A stretch of 64,000 nt of DNA from Enoplolaimus lenunculus (Eukaryota): positions 496,001 through 560,000 of the forward strand of contig JASANG010001737.1 of the NCBI GenBank assembly GCA_030248215.1, given 5' to 3'. The notes under the pieces were generated by a model. It saw only the letters and a list, made by a program, of their open reading frames with translations. It was not told the origin of the DNA and made no database searches. This document shows, one piece after another, positions 26,001-38,000 of this stretch. Position 1 is the first letter of the stretch. Every line of letters starts with the position of its first letter. Made by a program: the position numbers and the translations under genes.

Positions 26001-29000
26001 AAATAGCCAAAAATAACTTAAAAGTTACACAATTAATTAATTTTTTTTAATTTTACAGGAATGTGTCCAGATCCTGCGCAACCTGGTAACGGAACCGTGG
26101 TAGCGTCATCCGTTCCAGTATACGAAGGTCAATATTTGACCTACTCATGTGGATCAAATCATTCTCTGGTAGGATACGGCGTTTTGAATTGTACTCACAC
26201 AGGGTCGTACGATGGATCACCGCCAGTTTGTAAACGTAAGGAACACAGAACCAGTTGAAGTGTTTGAAAGTTGAGCCAACTTAAGCTTTATTAATTCAAC
26301 GCTGTAAATTTCAGTGCATTGATTTTAAATTAGAATCAGTTGAATTACTGAGTATGTGAACTCGTTGTGACTTGATAATTAATCAACTCACCCTGAATTA
26401 GGACTTTTAGAGATCAGGATTCTGAATTTATTGAACACATTCTGAGTTTAATTAATCAAATCACACGGAATTAAATCATTTAAGAGTGTGGTAATGTTTG
26501 CTGGTGTTAACTCAGAAATTGCCAGAAATGACTGATTCGTTATCTGAGTTGATTAATCAACTCACCGGAATTTACAGTGCACTTTAAATTCTGATAAGTT
26601 GACTAATCCATTCAGAGAGTGAATTAGATATTTTTCGGCAATTTCTGAGTTAATAACAGTAAATGCTAACTCACTATGAGCTGATTTACTTCCGAGTCAG
26701 TTGTTAAATTACCTCAGAATGAGTTCAATCAATTCAGAAACCTGAGTTCTCAAAGACCAAATTCAACGCTCAGGCTTCTGAGTGGTTTCAACTCGTTCTG
26801 AGTTAACATCAACTCACTGCAATTTACAGTGTACCCTCTCAAAAGTCACCTGGCGTACACATGATATCGTCGAAATTGCAATAAAATATTAAAATTGTAT
26901 AGGCATCACCGTGAAAGTATTTACTCACTTGCAATTAGTGTGATGGTCATTGAAGCTTTTTTGGCTTTAGTGTCTACACACTACTCCACCTGGTGTACGC
27001 ATGATATTGTGAAATTGCATATTGTCGTCCGGCGCCGTACGACAAGCACAGCACCAACCTTAATTGATCACACATTTCGCTAGAAATTAGACTGGTTTAA
27101 ACTTTTTTAGACGTTTATTTAGAAAAACATTATTAGTAAAATTGTATTTTAACAGAACAAAAGTATAGGTATTGAATTTACAATTTTGATTCTGCAAAAT
27201 GTTGTTAATTCGTTATGCAAAGCGTTCATTAAGACTTATGCAGGGCATAAAAAATACGCTCTTTCCGTTTCGAGACTAAACCTTCGGCCCTTGGAGACAA
27301 ACACTGGAAATTCTAACGAGTTCATTAATCAATTCAGCTAGCGAGTTGGTTATTTCTGAATTAATAGATGTGCAAATTAAGTGTTGATTTTTATACACTT
27401 GAAAGTTGCACGTATGTGCACCTGCAGATTACTAGTTTTTATTAATTGTATCAAGTTTCATTGAATTTTAATTGAATATTTTTGTAATATCTAATGTACT
27501 TTTAGCAATTTGTGATCCGCCCCCTGCGGTTGGCAACGGAACAAGCCAAGTTTCACTTGCTGGCGTGCCTGTAATTGAGTACATTTATTATAATTACACG
27601 TGCAACACTGGATGGCATATGGTGGGTAATGGCACGTTAGAATGCTTGTTTGCAGGTCATTACGACAAAGCGGCTCCTGTTTGTAAGAGTAAGCGTGAAC
27701 AAAATTTAAATTGTATTTTAAAAAAGTCTAAATAATTAAAAAATTTAAATTGTAAAATAGTTACTAAATTGTAAAACCGAGAAATTCGCTATAAATTATC
27801 GCCTGAGCACCCGTATTCTCAAACGTGTGTAACATCTATTAACCAGTTGGTGATGAGCGTTTTAGGTTAAGAACCAGTAAACGATGAGGGTAGAAATGTA
27901 GCACATTTTTGCCCAAAGCCTAAATCTTACGCCTACACCTAGGCCATTATTCTCAAGTGTAGCATCTATCACCAGTTGGTGATTGGTCTTGTAAGCTTCG
28001 AAACAGTGAATGCTAAGGATTAAAATTCTGCAATTTTTCGCATTTCAGTTACTCTACTCGTGTACCAGTTTTTAGTTCAACAACTACAACACTTAGTGAG
28101 TTTTAAAACCTTTTGCTAAACTGATGATAACTGCTATACACGTTTGAGAATATGGGCCCTAAACCTAGATCAAGTCAAAAATTAAAAAATGCCAAAAACT
28201 GTGCGGCAGATGTACGAGAGAGGCCCGTAGCCAGCTCATTTTGCTAGGGGGTAGGTATTAAATTTTTCAGGTGGAGCATACAACAGTTTTCATTGACTTG
28301 CAAGCAAGGTTGAAAAATTTCTAGGGGGGCAAACATGTTTCAGGTTGGTAGTGCCCCTTGGTTCTCCTTGGCTACGGGGCCGGTACAAGGTCGTCTTTGT
28401 TCTTTAAATTACAAGAACTGTGGGTCGAATGTACGAGACCTCAGTTTTTTGGCCCATGTAAAGATCAGGGGCGGAACGTTTTTGTGTTGGACTAGAATAG
28501 AATAAGCTTAAGCTTTAGACTAATTGTTTTGCTTGGCTTTAGGCTTAGGCTTAGTATTAGGTTTAGGAATAAGCATATAGTACTGTTCCGCAGCTGTTCT
28601 TTACATAAGCCGTTTTTTGGTATGTTCTGCATGGTATTCAATAACTTTATAAAATATCAAACAACGTAGAAACTTTAAATTATATTAAAATAATAAGTCA
28701 GCGAATATAATATGCCTTTAAATCTGTTCTGATCCATCAGACGTCGTTTAATTTTCCTGCAGTTATATGCAACGATCCGCCACCGCTGAACAACGGAACG
28801 TGGACAATTGCGTCGTCTCTAATTATTCACGGGGATACGGTAACAAATCAATGCGATCAAGGTTATCATTTAGTCGGAGCGCAGTATCAGAATTGTAATG
28901 AAAACGGCAATTTTACCCAACCGCAACCAATTTGCTACAGTAAGATTGTCTTAAAATCAAAGGCTTAAAATAGAGTGTATTGTAATTCCAAACATGTAAT

Positions 29001-32000
29001 TTATAAATATAAAAATCTACTGTAGTGACCCGAATAAGGGTGACTGATATTTATTTGGCCTGTCTAGAGGGTGCCCCCTTGTTATTTGGTTACGGACTAT
29101 TATTTATTTTTAACCCGCCTTTCGCCGTCCTTCGTTACTGATATATATTCGGTATTGCAACTATCCGTTGAATTAAGCATTATTTGCATTGCATCCAAAG
29201 CTTGAGCTATAATGCAAGGTTATACTTTGGATTTTGGAGTGTTATTTTCAAAACTTAAGTACGCTTTAAGTTTCGAACTCAACTTTATTTGGTCCTGGAG
29301 TCATTAGTGCGCTCTAATTAGGGTTTAGGGACTCTCCGCTTACGGACTCTTATTAGGGATACGGACTCCTATTGATCGGGACTCAAAATGGGGATCCCCC
29401 TCTTATTCGGGTCAATACAGTAATTCCAAAAATGTAATTCATAAAAAATCTAATTCCAAAAATGAAATTCCTAAAAATGTAATTCCAAAGATGTGTGCCA
29501 CTACGAATTACTAGTACTTTCTACAGCTTACATTCTCATCATAACTTGAATTCTACTCCAAAATGTCCATTATTATTGTTCCCTACTTGACAAACGTGAA
29601 AAAATATTCATATTTTCACTACCAATTTCATAGCAGCTTGCACTCACTACAGTATTCTATAGCATTGGTGCCGTATATTTGACTGTTGCTTGCGGCGTAG
29701 CTAAAATTTCATTTCGAGTGAAGATAACTGGCTCAAATGTTCGAGCTGGCGTACCGAGCGAGAAAATTTTTTCAACATCTGCAAGTTTTTCTGCAGCCTG
29801 CAAAATTTGCAATTTTTGAAGTCGTTCATAAAATTTCGCAGTGAATATATCCCTCGATCCACTTCAGGCTCTGGTTAATTGCCTGTTTCATACACTGCAA
29901 AAAATGGGGATTCAAATCGACTCTCTGGGAAATACGCTTTTCCTGATTACACACACTGACTCAAATTCGACAAGAGTCAAATTCGATTCACTATGTCGCA
30001 CGTTTGACTCTGGTGGAGTCGGAATTTGACTCAGTTGATGTAGTCAGGAAAAGCCGATTTCCGAGAGAGTTCTATTTGACTCACCATTTTTTCACTGTGT
30101 AGTTACATTTTTCTTGTTAATCTACATGTCGGAAACGATTTGTGTGATGTTTAATTGAAAATAATTCGACAAATATTTTCATTAGAAATCTGTCCGGATC
30201 CGCCGGATATCGCAAACGGAATTCACGCCGGAAGTTCCGTTCCGTACATCGAGAATGTGACTACAACGTATCAGTGCAACAATGGATATCACTTGGTTGG
30301 TCGATATTTGTTTCAGTGTCAACTACACGGAACGTGGGATTCGTTGAACGCACCGTCTTGTAAAAGTACGGCATGTATGGGTGTAATTGTGCCATGTTCT
30401 TGTCAGCAGAAGCAAGAATGCATGATACAAGAGTATGCAACTCTTGGAGTTCCGCATGGTACAAAACGTACCACCAGGCGTTGCGTTTCTGTCCGATCTC
30501 CTTTGTTTAGAGGAGTCGCTATCACATGTAATGCCCCTAAATTAAAGCGGAACGTTGTTGATGCCGTATACGTACAATGCCATGGTTGTGCAAGTTGTAC
30601 CCTTTCTAAATTAGGAGGAGTCGGTCAAAAACGCAATACCTGGTGGTACATTTTGTACCATGCAGGGACGCCAACAGTTGCACACTCTTGTATCATGCAC
30701 TCTTGGTAAAAGTAACATGTTGGTTCAAATTTTAGGGAATATGTTTTTAGGTTTAAAAACATAAAAAGTTTTTATTGTTTGCTAGTTTTATTTGTTTACT
30801 TATGATTTAAAGAATAACGTTTACTAATAGAAGATTTTCAGCTATTTGTTTTTTAAAAATATGGTCTAAGTTGGGTTTTACGGTTTAGGACCGGGTCAGG
30901 CATCAGTTAGGGCTTCGTTTTGCCCAGGCAATTAAACAAACAAATTGCTTGCGATGTTACAAACTCCGAAGTTCAAAAATCCGCCTGGTGTCTTTGGGAA
31001 GTGATATCGGTTCCGCATTCGGTATCAAACCGGATATTAATAGTATTTTTAAATCAGATCAGTACAGCACACCGGACTAACACCGAGCAACCAGTACGAA
31101 AGTTACACGCAAAGAATCTACGACAATTCGTCGCCCGACAACTTGTCGCACAACAGTGTCCGAAAGTCTACTAATAACTCGAAGCATAATCCAAAATGTA
31201 ACCCTAAGCCGGCCCATGTATAGAACAGGGCCGGATCGTTTTCCGAAGGGGTTATAATAGAGTCAGTTTAAGGTTTATACTAATTTTTTTGCTTAGGCTT
31301 TAGGCTTAGGCTTAGGCTTAGGCTTAGGAATATGCTTATACTACTGTTCCGGCCCTGTTCTATACATGGCCCCTTAAGCCTAAGCATAATGATGAGACAC
31401 GAATTGTTGAGTATATAACATTTCGGCGTTTACAAAATGTGAGTTGCCGAGTTGCCGGGTGGTGAATTTTCGTATTAATACCGTACGCAAGTGATTGTAA
31501 TCGATGCATTCATTGTATTTTTAGAAATTTGTCCCGATGTCAATCCGCCAAACAACGGAATGACCGTCAAATCAGCCAATTTAACCATCGAAGATGAAAC
31601 ACTGACGCACAGTTGTGATCCTGGGTACCATTTGGTTGGCAGCAATGTGACAACTTGTTTAGCGTCCGGCGCATATTCTGGGACGTTTCCGACATGCTAC
31701 GGTAGAGTTTGATTAAATTTTACTCAAATTTTAAATTTGAAATTATTTCGGCGGCGTAGCAGTAGCTGATCCAAAACAAAAATCACAACGGATCAAATAC
31801 GATCGAGCGCGCTATAAAGTATGGTAGACGAAACCTCGTGAGCGAAGCGAACGAAAAGTCAAATGCAATTTTAATATAATAATTAAGGATATTTTAAAAT
31901 TTAAAAAAATTTTCAAATTCTAAGTCACTCAGAAATTTTTTGACTTTTTTGTGGCACGAGCCGGTTACCTGCTCCCCTCCCCATTAGGCTGCTTTGCTAC

Positions 32001-35000
32001 TGTGTTAGTTGGCCTTATAGTATCATAAGGTAAAATTTCTTGGCTTTATTGGAAAATGGATTCAAGCGAGAAGGAAAGCACTTTTATATACTTGAAATAG
32101 TCGGCTTATTAAATTAAGCTTCTGCCTAATGCAGTAGTTTAAGTTATTTGAGTTGGCTAAAATAGAAATCTAATGCCACCACTCTGCGAGCCCATAGCTA
32201 AGGGACGCTGGGCTTAAGTCCGCTTGAAAGAATTTTAGGACAAATCAAGAAATTTTCAGCATTGCTGGTAAGTCATCAAAAACTCTCATTTTGGACAATA
32301 GTGAAAAATTTTTCAACCGTCTATGAAGATGACCTGGCTATAGGCTTTTGTTTGTGTAATTTTGATAACCGCAATTACAAAGCGCTACCGAAATTGTGAA
32401 AGTGCCAAATATTGCTAAAATGTTCAACTGACTTCACTGCTCGGAATTTCTTTTAAATTATAAAGACTTCCTTGAGGTTAAAAGTTTGTAACCAAAGGCG
32501 CAGGAGCGTAACCAACAACGAAAGCTGCCTGGGCAGGCCCATATAAACATAAGGAGCGGAACGTTTTTCTGCAGGACTGCAATAGAATAATCTTAAGCTT
32601 TAGATTAATTTTTTACTTAGGCTAGGCTTAGCTATATGTTCATTCTTACGCTTACGCATAGTCTTAGGCTTAGGACGGTAGAGTTCGATGTTAGGCTTAG
32701 TTATAGATTCATTCTTAAGCTTAGGCTTAGGTTTAGGCTTTGGGATAATGTGCTGTGCCCCTGTTTACAGCGTAGTTATTTAAATTGGCAATTTATACGA
32801 TTGCATTAATTCCTCAATCTTGAATTTTCAAACAATGGGACTAAAAAATATATAATACAGAAGTATTAGTGCATTTTCAAAATCATAATTTGTCGGGAAA
32901 CAAGAATGCCGTCGATCAAGGTTTATTGTTGTCATCTTCAGCCCATGTATAGAACATGACCGGAAGAGTAGTATAAAGCATATTTCTCAGTCTACACCTA
33001 AGTCTAAACCAAAGCGTAAGGATGAGCGTATTCCTAAGAATAAGCCTAAGCCTAAGCAAAAAATTTAGTCTAAAGCTCAAATTGACTGCGTAGGCTTAGG
33101 CTTAGGCTTACGCTTAGGCTTAGGCTTAGGCTTAGGCTTAGGCTTAAACTTAGACTTAGGCTTAGGCTTCGGCTTCGGCTTAAACTTAGGCTTAGGCTTA
33201 GGCTTAGGCTTAGGCTTAGGCTTAGGCTTAAACTTAGACTTAGGCTTAGGCTTCGGCTTCGGCTTCGGCTTAGGCTTAGGCTTAGGCTTAGGCTTAGGCT
33301 TAGGCTTCGGCTTAGACTTAGGCTTAGGCTTACGCTTAGGCTTAGGCTTAGACTTAGGCTTACGCTTAGGCTTAGCCTTAGGCTTAGGCGTGACTCTATT
33401 ACAGCACCTCCGGAAAACGGCCCGGCCCTGTTCTACACATGGACCGAAAATGACAACGATAAACCTTGATCCACGGCAGCAATCTTGTTTGCTGACAAAT
33501 TATGATTTTGCAAATACACCACTACTTTCTAAATCTTTATTATTATTTTCAGCAATTTGTCCGGATCCACCACAATTTGTGAACGGAACGTTGACAATAA
33601 CGTCGAAACCGTACATTTTTGGTGACACCGCACAGTACACATGCGATCCTGGCTATCATCTTGAAAACGATAAAGCGATCAGTTGTAAGCTGGACGGGCG
33701 TTGGAACGCAACTGTGTCATTGGACAAAATTTTATGTTCAAGTAAGCCTTGGTTTTGTTCATATTTTTCACAGTTAAATGTAAATACAATTTCTTTAACG
33801 CATTAATTACGACTGAAGGCTTGAGATTTTTGGGTTCATTATATACTCAGAGGTGCCAGCGCAGTTTCAGTTTAAGTTACAACAACATTTCATTGAGAAC
33901 ATAGACATCCACGCCTAGATGGTTTATGCAAATCATAGTACTGTATTGACCCGAATAAGAGGGGGAGGGGTAATAAGAGAGGGTAGTCCCCAATTTGAGT
34001 CCGAATCAATTGGAGTCCGTATCCCTAATATGTGTCCGTAAGCGGATATAATCTCTAAACAATAATCAGAGTCCATAAATGTCAATTAACCCTAATTGTA
34101 GCGCATAAATGATTCCAGGACCAAATAATTTGAGTTCGAAACTTTAAAGCGTACTTAAATTTTGAAAGTACATTCCTAAGTATAACCGTGCATTATAGCT
34201 CAAGCTATTGACACAAGACAAATAATGCAGTACCGGATATACATCAGTAACGAAGGGCGGCGGAGAGTGGGTTGAAAATAAATAACAGTCCGTAACCTAG
34301 TAACAAGGGGGTACCCTCTTGAGAGGCCAAATAAGTATCAGTCCCCACTCTTATTCGGGTCACTAAGTAGTTTAGTTATTTAGAAAAGTCTAATTGTCTA
34401 AAACTTGGTCGTTCCTGACAGTCGTCACGGGAGGTATTACAGGTCGTGCGCTCCCCCAAATTTGGTTAGTATCCCACAAATAGACTCGGTCTAAATGTAA
34501 ACAATCTTGAATTACAATTGTTGGGGCTTCCAGAATTATTCGATGCCCCCCCAAATGTAATTTTCTGTGGACGCCCGTGGTTCCTGAGTCCTGTACGAAT
34601 ATTTTACGATGTCTAGGGATCAATTTGATCCGCATGCTGGCGCCCCTAAATCTTACTTAGCACTGCTGTAAGACTGACTATGCGGCGCCGTTGGTTCGTG
34701 CTTTACGAGTTCAATGAATGCAGGTTTTTTAATGTTTTCGGAAGCTAAAAAAGCATAATTTTTTAAACTTACGGTCCCGTGGTAATTAGACTGTTTACTG
34801 GTAGACAGGGAGGCTGGTGACTTCGAAACTGAAATGCTTAAATTTAAGCTTAGGATTAGGTTTGCGCTTAGGCTTATGTTTAGTGTTTTAAGTTTAAAGC
34901 TTTGTTAGCAGGCCTGTAAATATGGTCTTGGTACACTACAAAAAAACGGTGAGTCAAATTGACTTTCTCCGAAATAGGCTCTAATGGCTATGGGACCACA

Positions 35001-38000
35001 CAAACTGAGTGACTCAGTTTGTTTAGTCCCGTAGAGCCTATTTGAGTGGGAGTCAGTTTGACTCACCGTTTTTTGCAGTGTACTTAGAAACTCTAACACT
35101 TAGGTTTAGGTTTATATTTAGGCTTAGGTTGGGGGACTTAGAAACTGTAACACTTGGGCTTAAGCTTACATTTGGTCTTAAGCTTGGGCTTCCGCTTAGG
35201 TTAAGGCATAGTGGACAGGTTATTAAGTTACCATGAAGCAATTTACTTTAAACAGGTTAACCGAAATAAAGGGTTGTTTTATTAAAGAAATCTGCTACCC
35301 CGAGTCGATAAAAGACGGCAGTTACAGTACCTCTCGGACTCCAGTGACAGACGACGAAACAGTAACGTATACTTGCAACCCGGAACACCACCTGATTGGC
35401 AGTCCAACGCTAATCTGCTTAAACTCTGGACAGTTTGATGCGAAAACGCCAAAATGCGAAAGTTAGTAGCATATTTCAATTTATTATTTCCAATTTAAAG
35501 AACTCGAATTTTAAATTCTGAGCTCATCTGATAGTGTAGTTTTTTACTGAATTAAGTATGCAATTGTTTTATAATATTTGGGTACTGTATCAAGGTTAGT
35601 AATCTATTCGAGGGGTCGCTAATTCTCCGATTGGTCCCTGATTCTCTAGAGAGTATAGTGACAAGTTGGCATTTTCATAGTTGAAGTTCAGTTAGAGGGG
35701 TGGGTGTATTTACATATAAATCATGCATGCCCACAATTGTTCTTTAGTCTGATGTTTTCTGCCTCCAACTTCAGCTCATTTATTTATTTGTCTAACCAAG
35801 AACATAACTAACAAGACAGCTATGTGATCGTTATTGAAATGTATTTAATTCGAAGCCTTGTTTGCATAATTCCTGAACATATTCTTTAGTGCACTCCTAT
35901 ACTGCAACATCACGTAAAATTTATTGCGTTTAGAGATTTGTCCGGATCCGGTGGCACCCACGCATGGCACGTTTTTGCAAAGTAGCGATCCGCTGATTAG
36001 CGGAACGACCGTTAATGTCACTTGTGACGATGGGTATGTCCTGGCAGGTGAGTAGTTTTGGCTTAGGAATATAATAAACAGTCAGGGCCGTACCTATGGG
36101 TACCCACCTCCCTCCAACCTGTAGTCATGGCCGTTTAGCTCTGGCGAATCAAGCGTTTTTGTGTGAATTTTAAAAAATTGCGGCTGTCAGTATTTTGATA
36201 AATTTCACCTCATTGTTTTCAATCTATATATTAAAGCTAGAACGCCCAACATACGTATTATGGGCAGCGTTCCAACACATTTTTATTTACGTTACGCATG
36301 CAAATTAAGGCTGTATGCATTGAGAATACCCATAGTTTCGGATGTATTTATACGATATATCTGCAACAGCTTTTCAAAAAGCTGCTTTTCTAATTTCGTT
36401 GACTTAATATTAGGGACCCAGGCAACAATATAGTTTAGGGCCGTAGAATCCGTAGTTCAGTTGCACATTTGCGCAACTATGTGTACTAGTTTTTGTTATT
36501 TACAAAACCTTTAGTAATTGTTCGGAACATAACGTAAATGTACTCTGTTGAGAGATCGACTTCATTTTATAAACCATTTAAAATATACCACCAGTTCAAC
36601 GTGATAAAACGACAAAATTTTCAAAAAAGTACGCTTTGATTTAATAGTAAACGACATCAAAACTCCACTAACAACGAACTACGTTCAGTGTAAATTCCGG
36701 CGAGTCGATTAATCAAATCAGAGAACGAATTAGTCATTTAGCCTAACCCTAAGCATAGAACGTGCTTACAGAGAAGCCTAAGCGTAGAACAAGCTTACAC
36801 CTACGTCTATGCCTAAGCGTAAGCAAAGGATAAACTAAAACTTAAGCTTATTCTATTGCAGTCCCCCAGGAAAAACGTTCCGCCCCTAAATCTTTACACG
36901 GGGTTATCAGGATGATAAATGTTATTCAAGCGTGATAAATTAATAAAAATATTTTAATGTCCATTTTAGAATAATGACGTGTTCTATCATTTTTCAGAAT
37001 CACAGGAATGCCCACCAACAAATACGTGTCCAGTTAAAATATACGAAGAAGATCCAGTGATAATGGAATGTCAATCAAATGGACAATTCAATATTGCAGT
37101 TCCTAAATGCGTCGGTAATTTTTGTGTTTAAGCTTGCAGTTGCAACTTTTATTGCAAAATGCACGCTGCAAACAAAATAGTCAGCTCAACGGCAAAATTT
37201 AGCTAAGTAATTCTTACAAATCAACATGCACGTAGTGGCCAAAATTTTGAACTGAGCGAGGTTTGGCGTATAAACAGCCTGGAACATTCCTAGTTCCATT
37301 GGCGAAAATTAGTATCAGGCGTCAGTGATGGAAATATCTGACCTGAATAAGAAATGCCACAAAATACTATTTTGGTTTTGGATTGGTATGGATCTAACTA
37401 GGCACCCAAGACCCATCCTTTGGCTACGACGCGATTAAAAACGGTTTTCTGTTTATTTCAGGCTGTTCGTCAGATGTTTCAATTACGCATGGCAGTGTTG
37501 ATTATAGTGACAAACCAATGATTATCAATGGAACGGCGGTAATTACATGTGATCCGAGTTACAAGCTTATTGGCGAAGAAATCCTGACTTGTGTGTCAAA
37601 AGCATACGATTATGCGTTTCCTGAATGCAAAGGTAAAACGTGAGTTTAGTGTACACTGTAAATTTAAATGAGTTCATTTTAACTCAGAACGAGTTGAATC
37701 GCTGAGTCTCAGTTAAAAATATCAGAACTCATAATTTTGAGTCGATTCAATTAATTCTGAGTTAATTAATCAACTCGTCCACAGTCAGCGCTCAACTACA
37801 GAGTAAGAATCAACTCAACTCAGAGGAAGTTAATGTTTACTGATATTCATTCAGAAATAACTAAACTCGCTATCTAAATTGATTAATCAACTCATTGGAA
37901 TTTACTGTGTAATATTTTCATTCGTAACAACACAGTCCCATGGTTAATTCAGAGGCGGACCGTTTTTTCACGCAGTGGCGGATCCGAGTGGGTACCCAGG

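Noticed and set aside
33088..33390. True chromosome end or scaffold join
   Set aside because: The array is inside an intron, within a MITE whose halves are contiguous, and the gene continues in phase on both sides
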